Shown here: piece by piece, positions 26,081 through 39,585 of the stretch | Layout of the letters: the number at the start of each line of letters is the position of its first letter | Position numbering within the stretch: the stretch's first letter is position 1 | Source of the DNA: Amoebophrya sp. A120 | Lineage: Eukaryota; Protista; Dinoflagellata | NCBI GenBank assembly: GCA_905178155.1 | Contig: CAJINV010000014.1 | Coordinates: 437,023-501,022, forward strand | DNA: 64,000 bases | Reading direction: 5' to 3' | Position numbers and translations under genes: made by a program | The notes under the pieces: generated by a model | Seen by the model: the letters and a program-made list of their open reading frames with translations, nothing else | What the model was told of the DNA's origin: nothing | The model's database searches: none

Positions 26081-27478
26081 GCATGAAGAACATGAATCAT
26101 ATTTGCGCGTTTCCTTCTGGGTTAGAGAAGAACAAGTGCTGTCGAAAAAGCACAAAGTCGTGCGAGAAAATTGATGATAGTAAGGATAATATCCTGCTTT
26201 GCAAGCCATAGCCAAAGCCATTGTAGTATGTGTAGAAACGGAAATGAAAATCTTGTGTGCGCAGAAGGATGATATGTAGTGTCCCTTTTATTTGGAGAAC
26301 AATTATATTCAAACGAAGGCATCTCTTTACCCCGCGGCCGGTTAGCTCCTGCTCCAGCATACGCAGCAGCCCGCTCGCTTAAGATTGTGCGCGCCAGATC
26401 TGCTTCTGGCCCATTACTGGCGGCCACAGCACGGAGTTCCGCACTTGATCTGGGGTCTTGTGTTACCCTCCAAGTAAAAGTATGAAGGAACAAACATACG
26501 ACCTTGCGACGTAACCTATCAAAAGGAAAAAGAGGCCCCCGAGCCGCGGGAAAAAATGGATCGCCGGAAGAGGCTCCCTTGCTCCGGACAGATTCATTGG
26601 CTCTCTGAAGGTCCGTGCGCGCGAAAGACCTTCAACTGTCTCGAAGTAGTGGCAACTTCTGCCCTGAATCGCAATGCTGCGAGTCTTCGAACCACATTCC
26701 AGCCTCTGGGTGAAAACTTTGGACCTCTTCGCTTTTTGGTGTCATCTGAGTCGAGAAGATTCTAGACTTAGGACCCGTCTACTGGGTCGAGATTCTCAAC
26801 ACCGACCGGCAGCTGCTTTGCCGGCTCAGCAGAGTCCGCACTGCCCACGCAGTGCCGTGGCCACGCCACTGAGCGGAGCCCTCGCCGGGCTTTCTAAAGG
26901 CATTGAGCCGGGCACGTTCTCGCTTTTTGTTCCCGTTTTTGGGGCGTCTAGCGGTGAGGTGCAAAAAAGCTTTTGGCTACGTCACAAAGTCATAGTTTGT
27001 TCCTTCATATGACCAAGCCTCCTCTTGTACCGCAGGGTCAGGGGGGGCAGCGCCGATGTTCACCTGTGCTTAGGGAGAAAAATTGTAATTGAGCTGCAGT
27101 CCTCAACCTTCCTATGAAACTTTGTTCAAGGAGCTGAAGCTGGTGATGCACTGACTGGAGTTTTTCTTCCATATTTGTTTCTCTCTTTCTTACTTTATAT
27201 TCATTTTCGCGCATTGTGTTTGGATTTCGAATTTGCAGCCTCTTCTCTTTCATTTCATTCTTCGTTTATATTCTTTTCGCTGTCCTCTCACTCTCTTGCA
27301 CGACGACCACGACGGCGCTTGTTTAATATCTGGATGTCTTTGGATATCTTGATCTTCGATATGTGGAAATAACAGTTCCAAGTTTATATCGTATGCTACC
27401 CAGCTTCAAAACAGCCCAAGATGATATGACTTCGAGTTCGAGTACGTCGGTGGTGATCCCTCTTGCTCTTAAGTATAA

Positions 27479-28052
27479 TTATATATAATTATTGAAATGC
27501 GTTGCTGTTACTACTCTGCTGCTCGTTCCTCCAGTAGTTAGACGTTCCGCCAGCCGGCTCGCTAAACCACGAAATCCGCGTCGCTGGCTTGTGGCCGCTT
27601 CTTGTTTCCCGCCGGGCTTTTCTTCTTCATCCAGAAATGCCTGCTCCACGACCGGCTGCTCGTCGGTAAACTCGCTTTCCCCATCGGCGTCGACCGCGGT
27701 TGTGCTTTTCCCCTTGTTGTCTTCGAAGTCGTGATCGTCCAGCACAGCGGTGGCGGTGCAGAGGTAGACTGCATTACTCCCTGCCAGCATCTTCAAGCCT
27801 TTCTGAACGCCTCTCGGAAGTGCAACGCCGGATGAAGCTGCTCGTCGACTCGTTGCGATCGTCGATTTGTGAGGTGAGGTGAGGTGAGGTGATCGTCAAT
27901 TTGTGGTCGACCACCCGTTCATCCTGGTGCACGGGGGCGACGTGCCCGCCGCGCGACGGCGGGCACGGGTCGGTGGCTGACATGTTGTCGTAGCTAGAAG
28001 TCACTTAACGTTCTTTACGGCTCGGAAATGCTAGGATCTTCTCTTGTTCCAT
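27479..28052 (-). CDS. Possible small acidic protein or gene remnant in two overlapping frames
   Basis: GC-rich, coding-like ORFs 27479-27796 and 27774-28004; no recognisable domain; frame junction unexplained. Confidence 0.3.
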
Positions 28053-28788
28053 CAAAAAGGTATTTCTCGCTGAACAAAAAACGAGCCCAGAAATGTTTGC
28101 ATTGCTAAACAGCGAGGACAGGTGGTATGAGTGCTCCACCTTGAGATGGTCTCACATACCACGACATCAACGAGACGAAGACGATCCCGACCCCGTGGAT
28201 TTTTTTCCCGCTCATTTCGCACTCAAGCTACTTTTTTTTCTTTCAAGACAACGCTCTCTTGATGCACATACAACGAGAATGACGATCCCCCGTTTCTCTT
28301 TCTTCACTTACGCTTACCAAACTAGTACGAACTGCATTGTTTGCAGAAATATCACAGAACTGGATCATTGACGATGAGAGGACTTATCCGAAATTATTAT
28401 TTGACGCAGTAATAGAGGACAGCAACAAGCGCGATGAATGAACGTGATCGATAGACCTGGTGAAGAGACCCGAGTCTTTCCTTCCTATTCATGACTGGAA
28501 AGAATTATGCGATCTTTCCACGAACACTCCCCGTTCATCGGATATCGGAAGTCGAAGTTGTTCTTTTGCCTGTACTTGGTACAGGTTAATGTAGTCGCGC
28601 TATTGCTGTTGCGTCTTGCGTAAAAAGCAGCTGCATGAAGCAGAGTCGTGTTTAGTTCTGGTACACCACACAATTTCAATTCTCCAGAGTTGATCATTTG
28701 CCCTTAAAGTGTGCAGTTCTTGGCAAGAACTACTTCTTGCATGGAACTGCTGTTTGCTGCCGCAATGGTGCTGTAGCAGCCCCTGCAT

Positions 28789-31700
28789 TCACTGATGCTG
28801 CGGCTGTGGTACTACAACTTGCTGGTGCTGCGAAGGTTCTTGTCCACCAGTTCCACCAGGACCACCTCCCCTACCTCCGACATTGCTATTGTTGCCTCCC
28901 CCGCCAATCACACTCGTTCCGCGCAAAGAGACATTTGAAGTTGCTCCCGGATGTTGATGATGCTGGACAGTAGTTGTACCACCTCCAGCACCGCCCCCAC
29001 CCCCCATCGGCGGATCGAACTGCGACTTCTGCTGTTGCACGATGCCCTGCGGAATAATGATGCGGTCGTCGCGCTGGAGAAGCAGAAGTCCCATGTTTTG
29101 ATGAATCGGGTTGCTCCCGGTCGCGGCGGCTGCGTTGGCAGCACTACTAGCCGCCCCCGGTGTGACGACGCCACTGCGGATCCCGGACACCGTGCCACTC
29201 TGCAAATTGGAATTTTGGTACAGGGCCTGTGCTACATTCATCGTCGTCCCGGTTGGGACGCCGAAGTTGTTGTGCGGTCCTGGAGGAGCTGCAGCTCCTC
29301 CCGGACCCGGGCCGGCGGCCGCGTGATTGATCGGGATGAATCTCGGCGTTTGCTGTCCGGACAAAAAGGTCGCCGTGCTCGTGCCCGAGCTGTTTTGCGC
29401 GGTCCGGAAGTCAAATTGAGTGATGGGGATCGTCGAGCTTTGGATCGCGGGGTGGGTGAAGATAATCTGGTGCTGCTGCTCTTGCGCCTGCTGCACAAGA
29501 CCAGTGTTCATGCTCAGGCTCTGGTGGTCCATCGTGCCAATCGTGGCTGCGACGCCTTGCGAGGACTGCGTAGGAACAGTAGAAGTACTACATGGTCCCC
29601 CATTCGCACCAGCTGAAACAAGGTTGTTCGCCGCGCCTCCGCCAACCAGGCCCGCGTTGAGGTCGAAATGCGGTGGCGGACTGGAGTTCGCGAGCAGGGA
29701 GAGCAGGGAATTCGAATTGCCGGAGGACGTACTGGACCGGCCCGCACTGCTTGGATGGTTTGTTGAATTTGAAGTCGCGGCCACGCCGGTGCTGGTCGAA
29801 CTACTGCTGTGAGTTGCGGACGACAAGATCTCCCCGCCCGGGCCGCCCTGGACCAGGAGGGGTCCACCTCCGCCCGCAACGTTTTGGTGATTGTTCTTGT
29901 TCATCACGGGTGTGTGGGGTGGCGCGATGGGTTGATGTTGATGCACCAAATGGTTATTCGTACTAGTTTGTTGATGCGAAGTGGAAACTACAGCACCAGA
30001 TGACACGAGTTGCTGGCGCGCGCCCGCCCCGGCTGGCTGCTGCAGCGTTGACGAAGTTGACATCATTAAACTATCCTCATCCACCTCCTTTATCGTGTCC
30101 CCCGCTCCACCTCCCGTCGTCGGCCCCCGACCTCCCCCGAGGTTCGTGGTCGCGACCACTTGACTCAGATCCATGCTGTCGGCCCGCAAGGTCTGCAAAC
30201 TCCACCAGTTCGCGTCGGCGAGGGACTTCAGGTACGTCTCGTGCGCCTTCTGGTTGAACTCCGCGATGCGCTTCTTCAGCTCCACATTCTCGACCCGCAT
30301 CTTGCGTAGCTGGTTGGACAAGCGCGCATCGTTGTAGCCGGCAACCTCCAGTTTCAGCTGCAGTTCCTCGTTCTGTTGCTTCAACTGTTGGTTCTCTGTG
30401 AGCAGAAAGGACTTTTCGGTCTCCAACTTTTCGATCTGGCCCTGCTGCTCCTGATTTCTGCGCGTCGTCGTTTCCACTTTGTGATGAAGCAGATCGAGAT
30501 TGGCAGAGAGGGAGCAGTGTTTGCGATTTTTCGCTTTCGATGTGCTCGTTTTATTTTTCACCGTGGTCGTGGTCTCTGATGTCTCAGGTTTAACATTGCC
30601 GGCGCTGGTGGAAGACGAGGAGCTGCTCGAAGATGCAGAAGGATGTCGTCTTGGTTGCTTGTTTTCAGGTAGTGGTGGGGGTCCCTTGTGCTGTTCCACG
30701 AGCTTCTGGGAAGCGACACGCGCGGTGTCCTCCGGTTCTTCTTCTTCCAGAGCGGCAGCGCTCGTACTCGTCCTTGCCCCGTCTGGATCTACTTCTTGCG
30801 CCTTGATCGTGTTCTCTTCTGGTCCTCCGTGACCTCCTCGTCCGGTTTCCGACTTCCAGCGCCTTTTTGACGCTTGATTTTTACCGCTTGGAGGCGACAA
30901 GCCCGAACCGGTGGCGTTCGTGATTTCGTCGTTCTTCACGTTCAAACTGCAATTCTTTCCGTCGCCCTTGTCATCCTCATTTTCCTTCTCTTCCGGAGGA
31001 TGATCCCTAGTTCGCCGCGACTCAGTGGAGACCATCTCGTGAACTGTTTTTGCCCGCCGCGGTGGAAGTCGCTGCTTCAATGTATGATCAAAATCCTGAT
31101 CCTGTAGTTCTGATGTGGCACTACCAGAACTCCTGCTCGCGGTGTTGTAATCCTTAGCGTTCGACGTCCTAGAAGTACGACTACCCGTCCGATGTTGAAG
31201 CAGCTCTGGTGATGTTGATGGTCGTCTCTTGTTCGCACCGGTGGCGGTTGCTGTAGCATTTTTTTTCTCGTCGGTGAACTTCATATGGTCTTGTTCCGAA
31301 GATGCTGCAACGACCGGAAGATGTTGTTCCGGTGGCGGCACTGTTGGAATTCTACTCTTCAACGAAGCTGCAGATGGAGAACCTCCGACCTCCTTATTTC
31401 TCGCTGTAGTTGATGCCGTTCTTGCGCTTGAAGTTCGCTGAATATTCTGACCTAGATTCTCCCTGCTACTCGACGAGAAAAACGCGGGCGGGGGTGGAGG
31501 TGGCGGGACCTCTTCATCCGCTTCTTCCTCCACGTCGGGGAGCTGGAAATGACTGGCCGCCGCGTAGAAGAGGTCCTCGTGCGGGAGGTAAGATGGTGTA
31601 GTTGTAGCCGGACTTGTGCTACTTCTGGCGGTGTTATTTGAGAATTGTTGCGCAGCCGCTGAAGCGGATCCCGGGATCTGCGGTCGTTGCTGTTGCCCCG

Positions 31701-34141
31701 TACTAGCAACAGCTAGGTCGCGAAAGTTCGTCCCGACATGACTGGAGGAGGCCGAGCTATGATTCATCAATCCGCCAGAAGTCTGGAAGCCTTGATGAAA
31801 GAGCGGCGGGTAGTTGCTGTGCATGTGCTGTTGCTGCTGTGACGCGGTGTGGTCGACGAACAAGCCCGTATTAGGTGGTCCTCTCGCTTGTGTCGAAGTT
31901 GTTCTCGGCTGCACAACGTGGTCGTGTCTGTGATCCACAAGCACGTGCTGTCCACCCACGTTGACATAGCTGTAGTACCCACCGTTGTAGGTGTCGTAAT
32001 AGGTCGTCGCCGGCGGGGCCGCACCTCCGCCGCCGACTGCTCCTGACGCAGCTGTAGCAGAAGCCCCTACAACAACGGCACTGCCAGCTGTAGAGGAGAT
32101 CGGTACAGGGTAGTACGCACCCATCGCATCCGGGCCGGCAAGCACGGTGGTTCCCGAGTTGATGTCGTGATAGGGAGGGGTCAGGAGGTGCGCCGAGGTT
32201 GATGTGCTTCTATCCGCCGCATTGATGTCGTGGTGGTCCACAAACTGGTAGGGGTTCGGCGCAAATTCCGCCCCGGAAGTCGTAGTTACAGGAAGATCTG
32301 CTCCCGTCTGTGTGGTCCAGAGATAGTGTGGATCTATTACCTGCTGCTGCTTAGTATTATCATGATAGCCCCCGCCAGTCTTTCTTGCACCGCTGAGTTT
32401 TTTACCATGTTTCAAATGTTTCCCGCCGCCGGTGAGAATCTCCACGACACGAGCTCCCCCCGAGGACGAGCCGCGCGAAGGACCAGGAGCCTGCTTACTA
32501 CTAGAAGACGTTGCACCTCCTCCTCGGCCGCTGTACTTACTCGCGCCGTCTCCAACCGATGAAAGTTGTATTTCTTTGATGTGAAGATTCTGCTTGTTGC
32601 TGCCTTTTGTCCTTTCCTTCCTTCTACCTTTCTGTTTCTGGATTCCGTTTTCGTCCTGGTTATCTTTTTCATCCCCGTCTTCTACCTGTTGCTTCGCACC
32701 TTCTCTTCGAGGTGCATTTTCCACGAACTCGTCCTCTTGCTGACGCAGCTGCGTTTGCCCTTTTGCTACAGCCTTTGGCTTTGCGCTTCCTTGTGCGCCA
32801 GTAGTTCTTGCGCCGCTTGCATTCTCTTCCTCGTTCACGACGAGGGCTTGCGCTTGTGCCGTCTCACCAACATCTACTCCTGTAGCCACTGCGTCTGCGT
32901 CACGAGGATCATCTGCTGGAGCGCTGCTATGATGATCCTGCTCGACCAAAACAAGGTAAAAATCGGTTCGCGCTGGTTCGGGTATCAGCTGCAACGCCTG
33001 CAGAGACGAAACTTCCACCTCCACGCCGTGGTCCTCATCAGTGGATAAGAAAATATCGCAGCTCTTGAGTTCGGCCGCTATGGGTTTTCGAAACTCCTGT
33101 TTGACAACAGGTCGTGGTCCACCTGCAGTAGAAGTAGAAGAAGAACCGCCGTCCTGCTGGAACCAGCACAGGCAGTCCTCGAGAAAATGCCGAATCTTCT
33201 TGTACTTTTGCCCAATGTAGGCCTCGAGCTCCAGGAGTTGTTCTTCCTCCAAAATTATACAGTCTCTGTCTTTTTCCACCTTTTCGAGACCTACACCTGC
33301 AGCTGCCGCAGCGAAGAAGAGGGCCTCGCGCAGCTGGGACAGCTGTGCCCGTTTCCTCTTTCTGACTACTTTCTGCAGCGCGATGTAGAAATTTTTCCAA
33401 ATTCGTTTTTCCTCATCCGTTGTCGGCTGGCGAGAGCCGCTGATGGGTTTCGCAGGTTTAGAAGCGCTTGTTCCTGTTGATAGGGGGGCCGTCGCCGCTG
33501 CTTTGGGGTGACGCAGAGGAGGAGCATCTTTTGAGGATGACGTTGTACCATTTTTTGGATCGGAAGACGCTTTCTTCTTCTTCTGGCTGACTGGTCCGTT
33601 GCCCTTGAGTCTATTATCCACCGCTAGAGGTCGCTGCAGCACGCCTGAAAAATGAGAGAATGAGAAAATTATACGTCGTCTCTTTTTTATTCGTAAAAGT
33701 AATTCTCTATGATCACCAGCAGGGGAACTACACTGGCTCTGCGATTTTCATAGTTCTTGTGCACATCGTCTTGGAAACTTGTTAAATGACACGAAGTACG
33801 TAGACACAGCGGACATATACTCAAGTCAACAAGTTGCACTCAGGTTATCTTCAATCTATACCCTGATGCGACATAGGCAATGCCCTGCTTTCACTTTGTG
33901 CTGCTGGCCTCGGAGTCTGCTGCTCTCCTTCTGGTCGCGGACCTACAGCTCTTTGTTGAGAGGAAGAAGAAGAGGACGCAGCACCGTCCTCAAGAAGCGT
34001 TGGCCCATCAGGAACGAGCGGTCCATCGTTCTCAACGTCAAGGATTCCACCCAGATGACTAGCAGTGTCGGAATGAAATTGCTCCCCATCAGGAGGAGTA
34101 GCCGGCGTAGTACCAGTAACAGCAGGCATTTTTTGATGCAA
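28789..34141 (-). CDS. ~1,700-aa low-complexity protein with a central coiled coil; unknown function
   Basis: 1617-codon ORF preceded by a pyrimidine-rich acceptor (ttctctcatttttcag, minus strand, ~33646). Upstream ATG exon ~33870-34141 (MHQKMPAVTG…). Coiled coil EQQGQIEKLETEKSFLLTENQQLKQQNEEL. Confidence 0.75.
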
Positions 34142-35756
34142 CTACGTCTACCACGTGTGAAGAAGATGTAGTGGTCCTGCGACAAAAGCACACAGTTTCG
34201 AGAGCGGACTGCGCATGCCCCCCGATACCGATTTCTTGTAGTAGTAGTGGTTGTGCGAATTATTTTTTGTAATCGCAAGCGACATGTTGATTTCGTGATT
34301 GTAGCATCGGAGGTGGGATAACTGGCGTTTACAGGGGGTTGGTGGGTTGATCGCGCCGATCTCAGACTGTACTAATCGTAACGTATCAAACTGGCACAGA
34401 CAAAACTTCACCAAGGAAGGATAAGACCAGAGCCAATATTGTACACAGAACTTTACTGAAAGCCAGCGTGGCTCCTAAAGTGGTTCCACAGTCAAATCAC
34501 AAAATCTTCGTGTACTACTATACTTACTAAAAAAGCTTGGGTATGGGTTAACTGCCTCGGTCGTGCGCAACTAGAAGAACTATGGGGAACTCGAAAACAG
34601 GAAGGGTGTAAAAGCGGGATCATCTCTTCTCTATCGGGTTCAGGGGTGCCTGTGAAATAAAATGAACGTCAGGTCGCGTTGGAGGACAACGTCGAAACAG
34701 AGCGAAATCCAAAATATGAGTGCAAATACAAACACTTCTGCAAGTAAACAGGATCAGCTTTTTCTCATTTGGTTTTTCTCGAAGTCGAAGGGACGAATCT
34801 TTCGTTTTTTGACATGATGAAGCGCGGTTGTTCATGATGCGCTTGCGCATTGTTCTGTTCTTGCGAACGGAGAGTAGAACGATGTCGTGGAAAAAACAAG
34901 CACGAACGACGACGAGAGCAATTGATTCCACAATTTTCATGGGAACGAGAGGCAAGGAACAAATACAAAGGACAACCGAATAAATCTGCGTAATATTATG
35001 CGACGTTCTCTGAAATAAAAGCCTGGGCAGAAAATTCGTTGCGAATAGAACGTGAACCTCCGCTACAACCTCCTACAAATTCCAAGCGCAACGGTCATCT
35101 TGATCGTTATCACTGCAACTGCTACTTTTCAATCTTTTGACATTTGCCTTTGAAAAAGATGAACAGCACGGGCTTTTCAGAACAGTGCTTCGAGAAGATG
35201 ATCAGAGCGACATCAAAGCCATTCTCTCCAGCATAGCGCTTGTTGGTATTTTACGTTTTTTTCCGATCCAGCTCAAGCTTGCAGCGTACGTTAGAATAAT
35301 ACCAGTTGTTCCCGAAGATTCTCGTCCCTGTAAAAATCCGCAACACGGAAGATTCATGGACTAGACATGGTAAAAGCATTTCGTGTAAACAAAAGAGTGT
35401 AAGGATATTGTCTTGTCCGTCTGAGAATCCATTTATCATCAAGAAATGCGCGATAAATTTCTCAGCGGAGCGACGTGTGACACAGTGACAATGTGAAGAA
35501 CTGCGATCGTGGGGTCATTTTGACATGATCTCTCTGGTGGGTTTGCATTTTTGTTATGGAAGGAATGCACAAGCACAAAATCTTGGTCTTATCTAGTTCC
35601 TGCCCGATGAAGCTACAGGATAATCGCTTCATCAATGTGCATTTTGATTCTTACAACTTCATGAAAACTACGAAGCGCAGTCATTTTTATTTTGACCAAG
35701 GAAAAATTTGTACAAACACCGATGCCTCCTTCGAGTTGGTACTATCCACCGTTCTT

Positions 35757-38508
35757 CTATGCGCCCCCGATTTTTCCCGCGGACGCGCGCTCCTTTTCTG
35801 CCGAGACCTTCAGGGAGTCGATCAGGAGGTCGATCTTGCCCATCCATTTTTCCAACACGTTGTCCAAGTGTTGCCACTCCTTCTGCCCGAATTTCCGCTG
35901 CAAGACGGACTGCACGGTCAAGATTTGCCTGACCTCGTCGATGCGGCCCACCAGCACATTGTAGTGCGTGGCCTCGATGATCAGATCGTCGACATCCTCG
36001 ATCTTCAGCGCCTCCCGGATCTCCTTCAACGGGACCTCTTGCCTCCCCTCGCACAGACTGCACAAAGTCAGAACGCGGAGCTTGTTCTCAATGCAGGATT
36101 CGGGGACCTGGTGGAGTTCCGATAAGAAATTGTTTGGGGTATTTCAATAGCTATGTTGAGATATTTTGCGTCTCACTGTACTAGCTAACAAGAAGACCAG
36201 GAAATTGATTTCCAATTGTCCAGGTTGGCGGCGCCAGATACTACGTGCAAAAATCTATCAAAAAAAGGGGAATATTATACATCCAGCTCCTGCAAAAATC
36301 CGGTGTGTTTTGACTTAAAGGCGGCCAGGTCGGCAATGGTGCCGCTAACGAAGAGCTGCAAAAGTGCAACCATCTTTGCGACCTTGTCGTTGCTTTTGGA
36401 AGCCTTCTGCAGAACCTCAATTTCGAGGAGACCCTCGACCTGTGATAATTCAAATTTTCAAGGGAATCTATCTCGCAAAATGAATTGCTGCGAACAAAAT
36501 GTTCTTGGAAAATCAGTAACAATTTCACTTTCATCTTCGAGCAGTTCCCGCTTCCGTCTGTTGTCATGCATCTATATGCATATTCTTTACATCGTCATCG
36601 TGATCGTCCTTGTGGTAAGATTGCAGTACCTCAAACACGCTTGGCAGCTTGATGACTTCTTGCACGAAGAGTTTTATCGCGGCGAGACTCCTGTCGTTGA
36701 CTTCCGTTTCGTATCGCAGGTATTTCTCCAGCCACTGGAACGCGAGCTCCTCCGGCAGGGACGCCATGGAGAGCTTGACCTCGGGCTTCAGTTTCGGGAT
36801 TTGCATGGCGATCAGATGGTAGAGCTCCTTCTTGTCTGCCCGCTATCCTGAGTAAAAACGTACCCACACCAGAGTCAGGATGGGGATTTATTTGCAACAC
36901 AACCCTAGGAGTTTTGTGAGTCACGCATGACAAGCCACACAATGCAGTGTAGTGCAGGTTAGCAAGTGCAGCCGCATCACAGATTCATCTGCTCATCCTG
37001 TTCACAGCATCACAAATTCCAAAACACGATTAGAAATGGCTCTCATCGGGATGCGCGTTACAAGTCTTCCCGTCTTTGCAAATCTGCATTACAACTCTGG
37101 CGTGGGTACGTTTTTACTCAGGATACCTCCGCGTTGAAATCCTCATTGTCTTCCAGATGCTGTGCCCACGTGCTCATCCACGTTTCGAAATCATTCAGGT
37201 ACACAACCATTTCCTGTTGATGGATAGTTTTTTTCTATATTCATTATCTATCTCTATCATGCATGACAAACCCACATAATCGATTCTCGGTATTGTATCA
37301 TTACGCAACACAAACAATTGTTTGAATACGTGAAAGAGCTCGTTATCCGCTGCGAAGTTCAAGACGCCGAAGAAAATTTTCCTGGAGACTTCTGCTGCTA
37401 CTATCCAAGGAAAGCACTGTGTTAGTCGTGTAGGCGTCTTGGAGTGACAGGATGACACATCTTTTGCTCTTCAAGACAGGGAAAATGTAGAACTGTCATA
37501 CATGGCTAGTACGTGCTCGTGCACAGCACGCGGACATGGCAAGAGAATGAAAACTTCATTGGTGTGGTTTGCATGACAAGAACTGTAATCCCTATTCTTT
37601 TTGCAGTTTCTGCATCACATACTTAATACACGTAAACACAGTTTATTTTTTCTTGCATAGTTACTCCTGTGATGGGAATACTGTTGTATGTCTGCATCAG
37701 CATCTTCAATCGAAGCTGAGGGTATTCCTGTCCGGAAAGAAGCAGCTCGACGACCTGCGAACGTGAAGTGTTGTCAAATTCAAGAGAATGAAAATGGATA
37801 TGTTACAAGTTGTAAAGTAGCAAAACAAAAAACTTCATCAAGCACTATCGTGCAATTAATGTCGGAGTAAAAACAAATTTCTAATGCACACCACGTCAAA
37901 TAGGGCACAACTGCAGGGTAAAAAAAACCTAATATACCTTCGAAACTGCGGCTTGGAGTTTTGGGACGGTATCCATAGCATTCCCGAGCATGTAGATCAG
38001 CGTTGAAAAGTAGCACTCGATCTGTTATTTTGTTTTTCGTAAATAACTCTTCACGTGGGTGTAGTGATGCAATAGACATACAGCAGGCACTGCTCCAAGA
38101 GCAATATCTTGCACGAAATATCACGTCCTGGCCGTCCTACTAGTTGTAGAAAGCTCCAGTACTGCCATTCTGAAACTGAATGCACAAACCAGCACTGGAA
38201 CAAAATAAAACCTGTTTATTGCCAATAAGCACCAACACACAGCATACCTTTTCCTGCACGCTGCCGATGCTGCTTCCCCCTACTCGCTTCTTTTCCTGCT
38301 GGGTGACGATGAGGTCGCATTGTTCCGCGAAGAGCTGGAAGATGGCGTACCCGTTGTCTTTCTCGATTTCCGAGACAAAAGACTGTTCAAACTGCTCGAT
38401 CTTTGCGTCTGGCGTGTTGTTATCTTTCATCAGTTGCTGGATCATCCGAGCCACCGGGAACACGTCCTGGTTTTGGTCGTCATTGGGGGCAGCGATGATC
38501 TTCGACAT
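35757..38508 (-). CDS. EIF3M: Eukaryotic translation initiation factor 3 subunit M-like PCI-domain protein, multi-exon
   Basis: C-terminal PCI/winged helix ENKLRVLTLCSL…VDDLIIEA…LVGRIDEV…RKFGQKEWQHLDNVLEKW; LRLKMLMQTYN (~37690-37760); VFEVEGLL; LLQLFVSGTIAD. GT-AG introns at 36108-36280, 36440-36629 and 36843-37126; first donor at 38247; exons between 37400 and 38247 only partly resolved. Confidence 0.8.
36843..37126 (-). mobile_element. Introner, TAT…ATA type, ~32-bp TIR, spliceable as canonical GT-AG
   Basis: tatcctgagtaaaaacgtacccacaccagagt (36844) and actctggcgtgggtacgtttttactca ggata (37125). A flanking G on each side gives GTAT…ATAG and joins DFNAE|RADKKELY. Confidence 0.85.
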
Positions 38509-39585
38509 GGCTTGGGGGTTTTATGCTTGAAGGAAGCTACAGAAAATACGTATGCACTACTAGAAAAAACGCGTAAAAAGAAAACACCTCCGGCGGTTCG
38601 TTGCAATTCATGGATATGCCTGATCAAGGCTTTTCTATACCTACGATAAGGACTTCTAAATGCACAAAAAGGCCTGTGAAAATAAATTCAAATTCAATGA
38701 AGCATTAGATTGGAAAACGGCCATCAGGTCGTGCAGGACAACAGCCCCTACACGAATATCGTATGCCAATTCATCAATTTCGTTCAGTAGTGCAGATCTC
38801 GCTCGCACTAGCAGGAATGAGCAGGATCTTTTTTCTTTCAACTTTCTTCTCGAAAGTGTTTTTTCGTTTGAGTATTTCTCTATGATCCTGTGCCTCTTCA
38901 GCCTTGCTTGTGCAGATCTGCTGGATGAAGTCTTCAATCATACAGCGTGTGTGATGTGATCATACCACCAGAAACTTCTGTTTACCACCTGTGCGGATCT
39001 TTATTTTTCAGTGAAATGAAAAGTGAAAAAGAAGAAGTGCGCACGCTTTCTGGGGAAGCTGTAGGATCTTGGATGCTCGACTTCGGAAAGGAAAAACGCA
39101 CTGCACATGAGCGTGAACCACATGTTGAACAAGATTGATCGAAAAATATAAATAATTGCAGCCATCAAAGATATATAAATCGCTTGCGCTTCTCCGAAGA
39201 TGAAAAAAACATTTATAGCTGTGACACTTCTTGGAAAGACACTGACACGGTGGGATTTCCACTTTCCCTTTATCTCCATGCTCTGAAATATGCTAATGCA
39301 GAAGCATGTCCGTAGTACTTGCGCATACGCGGTTTACTGGTTTCCGTCGGTTTTGGTTTTCTTTTTCTCTTATAAAAGAAACAACCCCGCCCAGCTCCGC
39401 CCGCTAAGCAAGGGCGTAAACTTGAGCTCGAGGAACTGCTTCCCGTTAGAGCTTGTTGCAATGGCGAATTGTATGCGTTAGGAGCTGCACGACGGAATCC
39501 CCGTGTATCCGCACTTCCAGGTGTGGACACGACAGTGCCAGGCTCGTCTGTCACCATAGCTGCGCCACTAAAATTGCTACCCCAA

